From: Ostreococcus tauri
Lineage: Eukaryota
Direction of reading: 5' to 3'
DNA: 13,737 bases
Assembly: GCA_000214015.2 (NCBI GenBank)
Contig: CAID01000014.2
Coordinates: forward strand, 43,340-57,076
The first letter of the stretch is position 1. Each line of letters begins with the position of its first letter. A model generated the notes under the pieces. It did no database searches. It was not told the DNA's origin and saw only the letters and a list, made by a program, of their open reading frames with translations. The position numbers and the translations under genes were made by a program. Shown one piece after another: positions 1 to 7,690 of this stretch.

Positions 1-1830
1 GGCGTCATCGGCGGCGGCTTCGTCGTCGGAGGCGCACGAGCGGGACGGATCGAAAGCGATTCGCGGGAAGTGGTGTTCCTCGCGAGCGTGGGCGACGACG
101 TCCCCGTCGTCGCCGTATTCCGCGCGAAACCGCGCGCGAAGTTCACTGTCAGAATCACTCACGAGCGCACTCGGCTGCTTGAGAAGCATGAGTTCTCGGA
201 TGTCGTCGTCCACGACGCGAAGCGCTTCCGCGACGGAGTCCGCCTCTCGCTCATCCGTGGGCAAACGCACGTAGCCCGCAGTCTTGGGATCGAATGGGAT
301 CTCGTCCACGGACGCGCCGAGTTGAGACTTTTTGACGTCCGCCTTGAGCTCGATCGCGAGACGACGCACGTCCTCACTCACGTCATCTTCTTCGGCGTCT
401 GACGCTCCGCCTCTCTCCGCGTCGCGTCGTCTGTACATCTCGTACTCCTCGTCTTCATCCTCGTCCTCGTCCTCGTCTTCGTCTTCGTCGTCATCGATGA
501 ATGACGCCGATGCGATGGCCTCGCGAAGGCACTCGATCTCGCGCTGGAGCAACTGCAACTGGACCTCGCGCTCCTCGCGTTCCTCCTCAAACTCGTCGTC
601 ATCCAAATCGTAGCTAAAGTGTTCCTCCATCTCTTCCACGTCACCGACGGAGCCGTCGGCATCGACCGGCTCGACGAAATCGTAATGTTCCGCACCGTAC
701 GCCTCGGGCGTGACGTGAAAGTACGTCGGCGCGATGATCTCGTCCACGGGCGCCGTTTGCGCGTCGATCGGCGCGTCCGCGCGCGCGACGATATCCGCGC
801 CGTACGGCACAAAATCCGAGCACGAGCGCGTCGCGGTGACTTCGTACACCGCCACCTCGCTCGTTCCGGCGAGTACGCACGCGCACAAAAACTTCCCACG
901 CTGCGTCAGCGTGACCAAGACGTCTGAACACGCGAACCGAACGCATGCCGCCCACGTCGCGGCGTCCTCGACGCGCTCCGCGCCTTGAATCCACACCCCC
1001 GTGAGCGGTTCTTCCTCCGTCCCGCGCGCGTCTTCGCCCAAAAACACCATCCGTCGCGTTCTATCCAGCGTGATGAATCCCGTGGTGACGCATCGATCCC
1101 GTCCCGCCGTCGCCGCCGCGCGCGTCGCCTCGACGAGCGTCTCGTTGTCTCTCGCGCGCGGCGGATGAATCGGTCCAAGTTCAAATTCGCACCACGGCGC
1201 GCGCACCGCGAACGCCACGCGCACCGCATCATCGTCCCCGAGCACCACCGCCGCGCGCGTTGGGGTGAGCGCCAACGGACACAACGGCGCATCGCTCGCG
1301 AGCGCGCGTTCGAACGCCGCGATGGACGCGTCGTCGTCATCCATCCACGCCGCCCGTCGCGCCGCGGCCAAATCACGCTCGACGTCCCCATCGCCGTCAC
1401 TCGCGACGACGACGACTGGAATCACACACGTTCGCCCGTCGTCGTCGTCGTCGTCGTCGTCGTCCATCACCCGCGCCGCCGCGTCGCCGCGTTTCTTCGC
1501 ATCCGTCGCCGCGAGCGCGAACGCCTTCGTGTTCCCCCCCGCGCGCGCCCGCACATCCGCCATCGCGCGCGCGTCCATCATAATTCTCGGCGCCGCCATC
1601 GACGCCCCCACGCGCGCGATCGCGCGGCCGTCGTTCGCGGCGTCGGCGTCCCAGAGCGCGCGGCGACTCACTGGGAAATCACACATCATCGATCCATCAT
1701 CGCCGCGTCCCGTCCGCACGCGCGCGGCGTCGGTCTCGCCGAGCGCCTCGACGCGTGCTCGAGCGCGCGGCGTCGCGATGACGACGCGCGCGCGCTCTGG
1801 GACGGCGTCGTCGTCGAAGTAGGCGCTCAT
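1..1830 (-). CDS. STIL (SCL-interrupting locus / Ana2 / SAS-5 family)-like protein, first 610 codons; the C-terminus runs off the left window edge
   Basis: I checked codon by codon that the minus-strand frame (plus-strand triplets at 3k+1..3k+3) has no tta/cta/tca from the ATG (cat at 1828-1830) down to base 1. The track omits it because there is no stop in the window. The translation begins MSAYFDDDAVPERARVV. It has segments collinear with the human STIL N-terminal domain as I remember it. DFPVSRRALW (1651-1680) matches FPPSKCALW. TGFITLDRTRRMVFL..PLTGVWIQG..ATWAACVRF..GKFLCACVL (about 850-1090) matches YGYLTMDETRKLLLL..PLVGIWLSG..QVWACCLRY..GNFIIVLYS. Downstream are a D9 run, a DEDEDE tract and a short coiled coil (QLQLLQREIECLREA, compare STIL QLRLLQAQIQRLLEA). 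An alternative start is the MM pair at 1689/1686. Confidence 0.6.
   Translation of the reverse strand, partial: MSAYFDDDAVPERARVVIATPRARARVEALGETDAARVRTGRGDDGSMMCDFPVSRRALWDADAANDGRAIARVGASMAAPRIMMDARAMADVRARAGGNTKAFALAATDAKKRGDAAARVMDDDDDDDDDGRTCVIPVVVVASDGDGDVERDLAAARRAAWMDDDDASIAAFERALASDAPLCPLALTPTRAAVVLGDDDAVRVAFAVRAPWCEFELGPIHPPRARDNETLVEATRAAATAGRDRCVTTGFITLDRTRRMVFLGEDARGTEEEPLTGVWIQGAERVEDAATWAACVRFACSDVLVTLTQRGKFLCACVLAGTSEVAVYEVTATRSCSDFVPYGADIVARADAPIDAQTAPVDEIIAPTYFHVTPEAYGAEHYDFVEPVDADGSVGDVEEMEEHFSYDLDDDEFEEEREEREVQLQLLQREIECLREAIASASFIDDDEDEDEDEDEDEDEEYEMYRRRDAERGGASDAEEDDVSEDVRRLAIELKADVKKSQLGASVDEIPFDPKTAGYVRLPTDEREADSVAEALRVVDDDIRELMLLKQPSALVSDSDSELRARFRAEYGDDGDVVAHAREEHHFPRIAFDPSRSCASDDEAAADDA
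1438..1464 (-). repeat. (GTC)9 trinucleotide run encoding Asp9 in the STIL-like CDS; a second acidic D/E tract is encoded at about 445-495
   Basis: Read directly: gtc x9 at 1438-1464, in frame (GAC codons on the minus strand). The ctc/gtc/ttc/atc triplet tract at 445-495 gives DDDEDEDEDEDEDEDEE. Confidence 0.95.
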
Positions 1831-1857
1831 GAGTGCGTCGGCATTTCACGACGAGCG

Positions 1858-3372
1858 ATGGCGACGACTTCGACCACGGGCGTCCGTGCGAGGGCGTCGC
1901 GCGCGCGGTGGACGACGCGATCGACGCGGGCGCGCGTTCGAGGGGACGCCCAGCGCGCGCGTGCGTCGAGGGAGGCGTACGATGGGTTGTGGATGTGGCT
2001 CGAGCGACGCGGCGCGGACGTCTCGCGCGTCGTCGCGGATGCGGTGACGACGGACGCGAACGATTCGGAACGTGCGCAGTTTGGCGTGCGCGCGAAGACG
2101 ACGCTCCGTCGAGGGACGCGGGCGATGGTGATTCCGAGAGAGGTGTGGATGGATGCGACGCGGGCGACGGAGGACGCGGACGTCGGCGCGGCGTTGCGGG
2201 ACGCGCGGTACGATGCGGTGAAACAACCGTGGGTGCGAGTGGCGCTGTTGCTGTTGAAGGAACGTGAACGTGGGGCGGATGGGGAATTCGCGGCGTACGT
2301 GGCGACGCTGCCGAAGACGCTGGACTCGCCGTTGTTTTGGAGCGCGGATGAGTTGCGGGACATCGCGGGGACGCAGTTATTGGATAACGCCGCCGGGTAC
2401 GACGCGTACGTGCGAGCGGTGTACGAAGAATTGAAAAATGGAGTGTTCGTTGAGTACGCGTCGACGTTTGACGTCGACGGTGCGTTCGATGAGGCGAGCT
2501 TTCGATGGGCGTTTGGAATCTTGCGCTCGCGAACGATGGCGCCCCTCGACGGCGCGAACGTCGCCCTCGTTCCGGGTTTGGATTTAATCAATCACAGCTC
2601 GCTGAGCGGGGCGAGATGGCGCGTGGGCGGGGGCGGGGGGATGGGGGGATTGTTCGGCGGCGGTTCCGGCTCTGGCGTCGCCGCCTACGTCGAGTGCGAT
2701 CGAGACTACGACGAGGGCGCCGAGATCTTCGTCAACTACGATCCGGAGGGGATCGATTCGAAATTCGCGCTCGATTACGGTTTCATTGATGTGGTGAATC
2801 CCTCACCCGGGTACGCGCTCACGCTCTCCATTCCCGAGGACGACGCCAACCTGTTCGACAAACTTGATGTTCTGGAGACGCAAGGGCTTCCAGAGGCGCC
2901 GACGTTCACGTTGAGGCCGTACAGCGATCCCGATCGCGAATTACGAACGTTCTTGCGTCTGTTACACTGCAAAGACACCGACGCCTTCCTGTTAGAGGCG
3001 CTGTTCCGCCAGCAGTGCTGGTCGCTCATCTCCGAGCCGCTTTCTCGGGAGAACGAAGCCGATTGCTGCGCCTCCATCACCCGAGGCGTCGCCGACGCGC
3101 TCTCGGCGTACGAAACCAGGAGTTTAGACCAAGAGAAAGCGTTTCTCACCACGCCACCGAACGAGCGTCAAGGCGGGATTCGTCAAGAAATCGCCGTTCG
3201 CGCGCGTCTGAGCGAGAAATCCGCCCTGTTAGAGGCGAGCGCCTTTTTCGACGTCGTCGCGAGCTCTCTGGACAAGCTCGAGTACTACCAAGAGCGACGC
3301 CTTCGATCGTTAAACTTACTCAACGACGACGGTTCGAGCACGTACGACCCGTTCAACGAAACCATGGCGTAG
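1858..3372 (+). CDS. LSMT: Rubisco large-subunit methyltransferase (LSMT)-like SET-domain protein-lysine N-methyltransferase with a C-terminal Rubisco-LSMT substrate-binding domain; probable plastid precursor (504 aa)
   Basis: The first ATG that does not overlap the minus-strand CDS is at 1858, and the TAG is at 3370-3372. The N-terminus, MATTSTTGVRARASRARWTTRSTRARVRG, is Ser/Thr/Arg/Ala-rich and looks like a transit peptide. It is collinear with pea RBCMT motifs: LWMWLERRG (FWQWLKEEG), FRWAFGILRSRTM (FFWAFGILRSRAF), DLINHSS, FVNYD, FALDYGFID (LALDYGFIE), YALTLSIPEDDANLFDKLDVLETQG, TDAFLLEALFRQ and LDKLEYYQERRLRSL (LDQLEYYQERRLKDL). The track ORF 985..3372 starts at a TTG, and its first 291 codons are antisense to the 1..1830 CDS. 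Confidence 0.9.
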   Translation: MATTSTTGVRARASRARWTTRSTRARVRGDAQRARASREAYDGLWMWLERRGADVSRVVADAVTTDANDSERAQFGVRAKTTLRRGTRAMVIPREVWMDATRATEDADVGAALRDARYDAVKQPWVRVALLLLKERERGADGEFAAYVATLPKTLDSPLFWSADELRDIAGTQLLDNAAGYDAYVRAVYEELKNGVFVEYASTFDVDGAFDEASFRWAFGILRSRTMAPLDGANVALVPGLDLINHSSLSGARWRVGGGGGMGGLFGGGSGSGVAAYVECDRDYDEGAEIFVNYDPEGIDSKFALDYGFIDVVNPSPGYALTLSIPEDDANLFDKLDVLETQGLPEAPTFTLRPYSDPDRELRTFLRLLHCKDTDAFLLEALFRQQCWSLISEPLSRENEADCCASITRGVADALSAYETRSLDQEKAFLTTPPNERQGGIRQEIAVRARLSEKSALLEASAFFDVVASSLDKLEYYQERRLRSLNLLNDDGSSTYDPFNETMA

Positions 3373-3482
3373 ACCTTCGTCGCTGTAATCGCCCACGTCG
3401 ACCACCGTTCGCGCGTATTGCATCGCTAAGCGTCGTCTCGCCCGTACGCGTCGCCGACGCATCCGTCGCGTCCCATCCCAAG

Positions 3483-3516
3483 CCATTCATCCAGTTCATC
3501 CCATTCATCCCATCAC
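3483..3516. repeat. Imperfect 9-bp tandem repeat (CCATTCATC / CAGTTCATC / CCATTCATC / CCATCAC) in the LSMT-Sfi1 intergenic spacer
   Basis: Read directly at 3483-3516. A second tandem duplication, CGATCCATCGCG x2, sits at 3668-3691, just upstream of the Sfi1-like ATG at 3720. Confidence 0.85.
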
Positions 3517-3719
3517 TTCGCGTCCACCGCACGCGTCCACGCGCGCGGCGTCGCGCGTCGACGCCCATCGGCGCGCGGTCGCGGGTCCGAGCGCGCGCAT
3601 CGCGCGTGCGCGCGGTCGTCGCGCGCGCCGTCGTGCGATCTGTCGAATCGATCGTTCCACGGTGAAACGATCCATCGCGCGATCCATCGCGCGTGTGCGA
3701 CGCCGTGACGCCCGGAGAG

Positions 3720-6700
3720 ATGCTCGGAGCGCGACGAAACGATGGTGATGACGCCGGACGATCGTCGTACGACGCGTTGGCGCGCTTGGCGTCGAGCTCG
3801 AGACCGAGTTCGCCGGGAGGGACGTCGACGGCGTCGAGGGCGCGGACGGAGCGCGGGACGAGAGAAGTGAGACGAGAGATTGATTATAAGAATGGATCGA
3901 GCGCGCGAACGTCGATACGGGCGGGAGATGTCGTGGCGTTCGTGACGCCGGATGAGGGGAAACCGTACGTTGCGGTGGGGGAGCGAGACGAGGCGAGGGA
4001 TGGGGAGGTGCGATGGCGGTTTGAAGCGGACGCGGACGGCGTCGGGAGCGCGCAGGCGCTGAGGGAACGACAGGAGACGCACTTGGAGGTGTTGATGCAT
4101 AATGGATTCATTGGATTCCGATCGTTCGCGGCTAAGGAGCGCTTACTGCAGGCGACGAGGCACGGGAGGCAACGCTTGGGGTTCGCGAGCGTGAATTTCG
4201 GCACGTGGGAGGAGTGGATCTTGGACGACGCTGAACGCAGGCGACTGAACGATTCGGCGTGGACGAGGTGCGAGATCACGCTCAAACATCGACGATTGGA
4301 GGCGTACAGATTGCACGTCACCATTGTGCGCGTCGGAAAAGTCGTGAGCTCGAGCACCGTTGTCGAGGAAGTCGAGAAGGATGACGTCAAGAGCGTGTCG
4401 CGTCACAGCACCCCGCGAGGGGCGCTCACCGCGGTGGATCGCTTCCGCGTCGCGCGCGAGCCCGCAGAGGAACCACGGGTGCGACCGCACGCCATGCACG
4501 TCATGGGTGGTGCGATGATGAAGGAGTGGGCGGCCGCTCTGGAGAAGGAAGTCGCCGCTCGTCGAATCATCGAACAGGAGCTTCACGAGCTCCATCAGGC
4601 GGATGATCAATTGCGAGAGTGGGCGCTCACTGAGCTCAACCGTTTACGGCAATTTGCACAGTCCGAGGTCGATTCCCTCGCGAACGAGGTGGAGGAACGA
4701 AATAAGAAGATGGCAGAGATGAAGCAACAGCGTCGCGCTCTCGAGCTTCGATCGAAAATGCTCGAAAATCTTGACGAAGAGCGTTTGAACTCCATCGTCG
4801 ACACGTTTCGGCGAGTGCAATGTGGTAGCCTACTGCGCCGGACGTTTGCGCAGTGGCGACACGTGAGCGGCGCTGGGTCGGGAATGTTGAAGAGCAAGGC
4901 GATCGAGCACGCGTTTTCAAAATATCACGCGTCAGGACAGCGAAAGTATTTGTTGAAGAGGGTAATGACGGCTTGGAGGGCGAATGCGGCGCAGGAGAAG
5001 CGCGTTCGACGTTTGCTCAGCTCTGTTCTCAATCGATACTGTTTCGTCGCGTTCAGAACGTGGGCGAACGAGTATCGTTCGGGAAAACTTCGGCGAGAGG
5101 TCAAGGAGCGCGTCGCACCGAGTCGACGGATCGGTGTGCACTTGGACAACGCGCTCATCACTGGCTTTCAAACGCGTGCAGAATTAAAGTATCATCATCT
5201 GCGTAGAGCTATCATCGATCACGCGCGCAGGATTCCGGGCGTTCGCGTCGATCTCGTCAGCGCAGCCTTTGAAGGTGGACGAGAGACAGAAAATGCGGCG
5301 ACGTACATGCTCTCCGATTCTCTCAGCGATCCTCTGGGTTCTATCAATCTCGCGAGAGAGGCGGCGTTGCGACGCGCTGGCGTCGAGAGCATCGGCGATG
5401 TGACGCACGCGTTCGACCAGGGTGTGGCGGCCGCGTCTAGGATGATTCAAGCACGTCTCAATTACGTGTATACGCACGCGGACACGATTCCCGAAGCGAT
5501 CTGGTTGATAAAGGCGTATGATATCGGTGAAAGTGTCGAGAACGCCGCCAAGCAAAATCGGGCGATGTCGCGAGGCAAGCTCCTCGTCGATGTTTCTAAG
5601 ATGCCGACGAAGGCTGGACGCGTAATTTTAGGTGCGTTCTATCGAGGAAACTATGCGCGCGATTACGCTCTTGAAAGAAGAGCAAGTTTCGCGAAGTATG
5701 AAGATGCCTTCGAAGCTGGTATGGCGGCTGGGTCGGGTCAGTACAAGCGCCAGGAGTTCACTTCTCAGGCGCGCTCGGCCGTCGAACTCGATGCGATCTG
5801 TGTTGCTTTCGATGGCGGTGTCGCGAATGCCTGTTACGCCACGAACACGAATCCGTTCACTCGGGTCCAGGCCATCGTGGACTCAAACGACAGCGTGAGC
5901 TGGTTGCGAGAAACGCTCATGACCACCGTGGAAGTCGCTTCCGGCAACGTCCTCACGACGAATAATGAGTTTCTCTTGCACAAGATCCTTCATCCTCTTA
6001 GCAAGGACATGATGCGCGTGTCCTTCAAGGCTTGGCTCAAGACTCATCGCGAAGTAAAGGAATCGAATCTCCTCGTAGCGCGCTTCTCGGCGCGCAGAGA
6101 TCGCCGCTCGAAGAAGGAAACTCTGTTCGCCTGGCGAAACATCGCCACCGCGCTCAAGAAGAGACACATAGTTCTTCGGCGAATCGGTTTGAGGATCAAG
6201 AATGTCACCTTGAGCAGCGCCTTTCAAACGTGGGCGGATAACGCCGATACAATCGCCAGTCAACGCGTGATTCTGACTCGCTACGTGCACCGCATGAAGA
6301 GTAGACTGCTCTACGCGACGTTTAAGGCATGGGCGGAAGTCTCCACGAAGGACGATCGCCTCGAGAAGATGACTCACATGATACTCGCTCGTATTAAACG
6401 ATTCGAGCTCATCAAGGCTTTCTCCGCGTGGGTTGATCACGCGCAGAGTGCGATTGCGAATCGCGAAAAGGCAGAGAGATTCATATTACGCTTCCGCAAC
6501 CGCACGCTCGCCATGAGCCTGCGGGCTTGGCGAGAGAACACCGAGGAGATGAAGACACATCGTATGAAGATTCGAAAGGTAGTCGTCCGCGCGCAAAATC
6601 GCATGCTCGCGGCGTGTTTTTATCAGTGGAGCAATTTGATGTCCGAGAAGAAGCGTCGTAGCGTCCTCTTAGAACGTATGGCTCTGCGCCTGAACATGCG

Positions 6701-7529
6701 CTTATTGGTCAGGTCATGGAACAAGTGGGGTGAGTACGTGGTCAACGAAAAGCGCCGAAACAACGTTCTTGGCAAGGTGTACTCGCGTATTCGAAACACC
6801 GAATTGGCCAACGCTTTCACGCGTTGGCGCGAATTCGCGGAGGAGTCGTACGATGCCAAGATGCAACTGCGCAAAATTGTCAGTCGCATGCTTCGTTTGC
6901 GTCTCTCGCAAGCCCTCGGGCGCTGGCGAGAAAACACGATAGAGTCGCAGCGACAACGCGCGCTACTCGCTCGAGTCGCCACGCGCATTCGTAACCGATG
7001 CGTTGCGCAGTGCTTCAACGCGTGGTGCGACACGGTGAACGACAACAAGATCGAGGCGCAGGCGTCCGCGTACCGACAAAGACTCGTCAATAATCTGTGC
7101 TTGCGAATCAACCGAGCGACGCTCAGAGAGGCGTTCAAAAAGTGGTGGCGCGTGGTCGAGGAGCGCGAGATGCATCGCGAGATGATTCGAAAAGTCCTCC
7201 GCGCGAAGCGCGTCGCGATGAACTTCTTCATGACGTGGTACTGGGACGCCTTTGACGGCGACATCCAGGATACCATGGCGGACATGTTCGGAAGCACGCG
7301 AGCGTACATGACCGAAGCCTTCGACGGCGCCGACGTCGCCCGAGAGGCGCTCGACTTTGTGCGCTATTACGACAACGACTCATTCGAAGGGGATGAAGGC
7401 CGAGAGGAATTCACCGCCGGAGGATCGCCGCCGCCGCCCGAATGGACCAACGACGACGACTTCGTCACGCCGAGCGCGACGCCGAGCAAATCCGCGAGAC
7501 CGAGCCCGCGCGAAGGATTCGTTCCGTAG
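3720..7529 (+). CDS. SFI1: Sfi1-like centrin-binding repeat protein (1269 aa): uncharacterised N-terminal region, coiled coil, 3-repeat cluster, repeat-free insert, then a 13-unit C-terminal repeat array and an acidic/Pro-rich tail
   Basis: The track ORF starts at a GTG (3693). The first ATG is at 3720 (MLGARRNDG) and the TAG is at 7527-7529. The repeat motif L-L-x3-[F/L/W]-x2-W-[R/K/x] recurs: LLRRTFAQWR, VMTAWR, FVAFRTW, RVSFKAW, ETLFAWR, LSSAFQTW, LLYATFKAW, LIKAFSAW, LAMSLRAWR, LAACFYQW, LLVRSWNKW, LANAFTRWR, LSQALGRWR, VAQCFNAW, LREAFKKWW, MNFFMTW. This fits the published Sfi1 consensus (A-x7-LL-x3-F/L-x2-W-K/R) and its roughly 33-residue spacing. Confidence 0.78.
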   Translation: MLGARRNDGDDAGRSSYDALARLASSSRPSSPGGTSTASRARTERGTREVRREIDYKNGSSARTSIRAGDVVAFVTPDEGKPYVAVGERDEARDGEVRWRFEADADGVGSAQALRERQETHLEVLMHNGFIGFRSFAAKERLLQATRHGRQRLGFASVNFGTWEEWILDDAERRRLNDSAWTRCEITLKHRRLEAYRLHVTIVRVGKVVSSSTVVEEVEKDDVKSVSRHSTPRGALTAVDRFRVAREPAEEPRVRPHAMHVMGGAMMKEWAAALEKEVAARRIIEQELHELHQADDQLREWALTELNRLRQFAQSEVDSLANEVEERNKKMAEMKQQRRALELRSKMLENLDEERLNSIVDTFRRVQCGSLLRRTFAQWRHVSGAGSGMLKSKAIEHAFSKYHASGQRKYLLKRVMTAWRANAAQEKRVRRLLSSVLNRYCFVAFRTWANEYRSGKLRREVKERVAPSRRIGVHLDNALITGFQTRAELKYHHLRRAIIDHARRIPGVRVDLVSAAFEGGRETENAATYMLSDSLSDPLGSINLAREAALRRAGVESIGDVTHAFDQGVAAASRMIQARLNYVYTHADTIPEAIWLIKAYDIGESVENAAKQNRAMSRGKLLVDVSKMPTKAGRVILGAFYRGNYARDYALERRASFAKYEDAFEAGMAAGSGQYKRQEFTSQARSAVELDAICVAFDGGVANACYATNTNPFTRVQAIVDSNDSVSWLRETLMTTVEVASGNVLTTNNEFLLHKILHPLSKDMMRVSFKAWLKTHREVKESNLLVARFSARRDRRSKKETLFAWRNIATALKKRHIVLRRIGLRIKNVTLSSAFQTWADNADTIASQRVILTRYVHRMKSRLLYATFKAWAEVSTKDDRLEKMTHMILARIKRFELIKAFSAWVDHAQSAIANREKAERFILRFRNRTLAMSLRAWRENTEEMKTHRMKIRKVVVRAQNRMLAACFYQWSNLMSEKKRRSVLLERMALRLNMRLLVRSWNKWGEYVVNEKRRNNVLGKVYSRIRNTELANAFTRWREFAEESYDAKMQLRKIVSRMLRLRLSQALGRWRENTIESQRQRALLARVATRIRNRCVAQCFNAWCDTVNDNKIEAQASAYRQRLVNNLCLRINRATLREAFKKWWRVVEEREMHREMIRKVLRAKRVAMNFFMTWYWDAFDGDIQDTMADMFGSTRAYMTEAFDGADVAREALDFVRYYDNDSFEGDEGREEFTAGGSPPPPEWTNDDDFVTPSATPSKSARPSPREGFVP
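5960..7250 (+). repeat. Protein-level tandem array of 13 Sfi1-type repeats; 11 consecutive conserved Trp codons are exactly 99 bp apart
   Basis: I checked TGG codons at 6033, 6132, 6231, 6330, 6429, 6528, 6627, 6726, 6825, 6924 and 7023 on the sequence lines (exact 33-codon period). Further TGG codons follow at 7143 (+40 codons) and 7236 (+31 codons). A separate 3-repeat cluster has TGG at 4854, about 4974 and 5061. I saw no obvious nucleotide-level identity between units, so the repeats are old and diverged. Confidence 0.85.
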
Positions 7530-7601
7530 ATTGACTCTCGTCACGTCGTGTGCGACGAATCGACAAAGAAAAGTCTACGTACTTCAAATACGAACATCAA
7601 C

Positions 7602-7611
7602 AAAAAAGAAA
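7602..7611 (-). terminator. RNA polymerase III oligo-T terminator of tRNA-Val
   Basis: The minus strand reads ACAGG TTT C TTTTTT G, beginning 5 nt after the discriminator base. The plus strand shows caaaaaagaaa at 7601-7611. Confidence 0.75.
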
Positions 7612-7616
7612 CCTGT

Positions 7617-7690
7617 TACTTCAAGACGGGTTCGAACCGCCGACCTTCCGCGTGTAAGGCGGACGCGATAACCAACTACGCCATCGAAGC
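7617..7690 (-). tRNA. trnV-UAC: tRNA-Val, anticodon UAC (74 nt, no intron, CCA not encoded)
   Basis: The reverse complement is GCTTCGA TG GCGT AGTTGGTTA TCGC G TCCGC CTTACAC GCGGA AGGTC GGCGG TTCGAAC CCGTC TTGAAGT A. The acceptor stem has 7 bp, including G1-U72 and G6-U67 wobbles. Conserved features U8, A14, G18G19, U33, the T-loop TTCGAA and discriminator A are all present. The anticodon loop CTTACAC gives TAC. It is close to the eukaryotic cytosolic tRNA-Val consensus. Confidence 0.9.

Noticed and set aside
985-1857. N-terminal 291 codons of the track's 795-aa plus-strand ORF (985..3372)
   Set aside because: It starts at a TTG and its translation is Arg-rich low-complexity sequence (RRRRRARR, VVVVVVVVVHH). 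It is exactly antisense to a better-supported minus-strand CDS. The LSMT homology, with a transit-peptide-like leader, begins only after the ATG at 1858.
4600-7300. The lower-GC stretch in the Sfi1-like gene (and in the MscS core at 8914-9950) as evidence of horizontal transfer or an outlier low-GC chromosome region
   Set aside because: The GC drop tracks the Lys/Asn/Ile/Phe-rich conserved or repeat-coding parts within single continuous ORFs. It reverts within the same gene, which is consistent with amino-acid composition rather than foreign origin.
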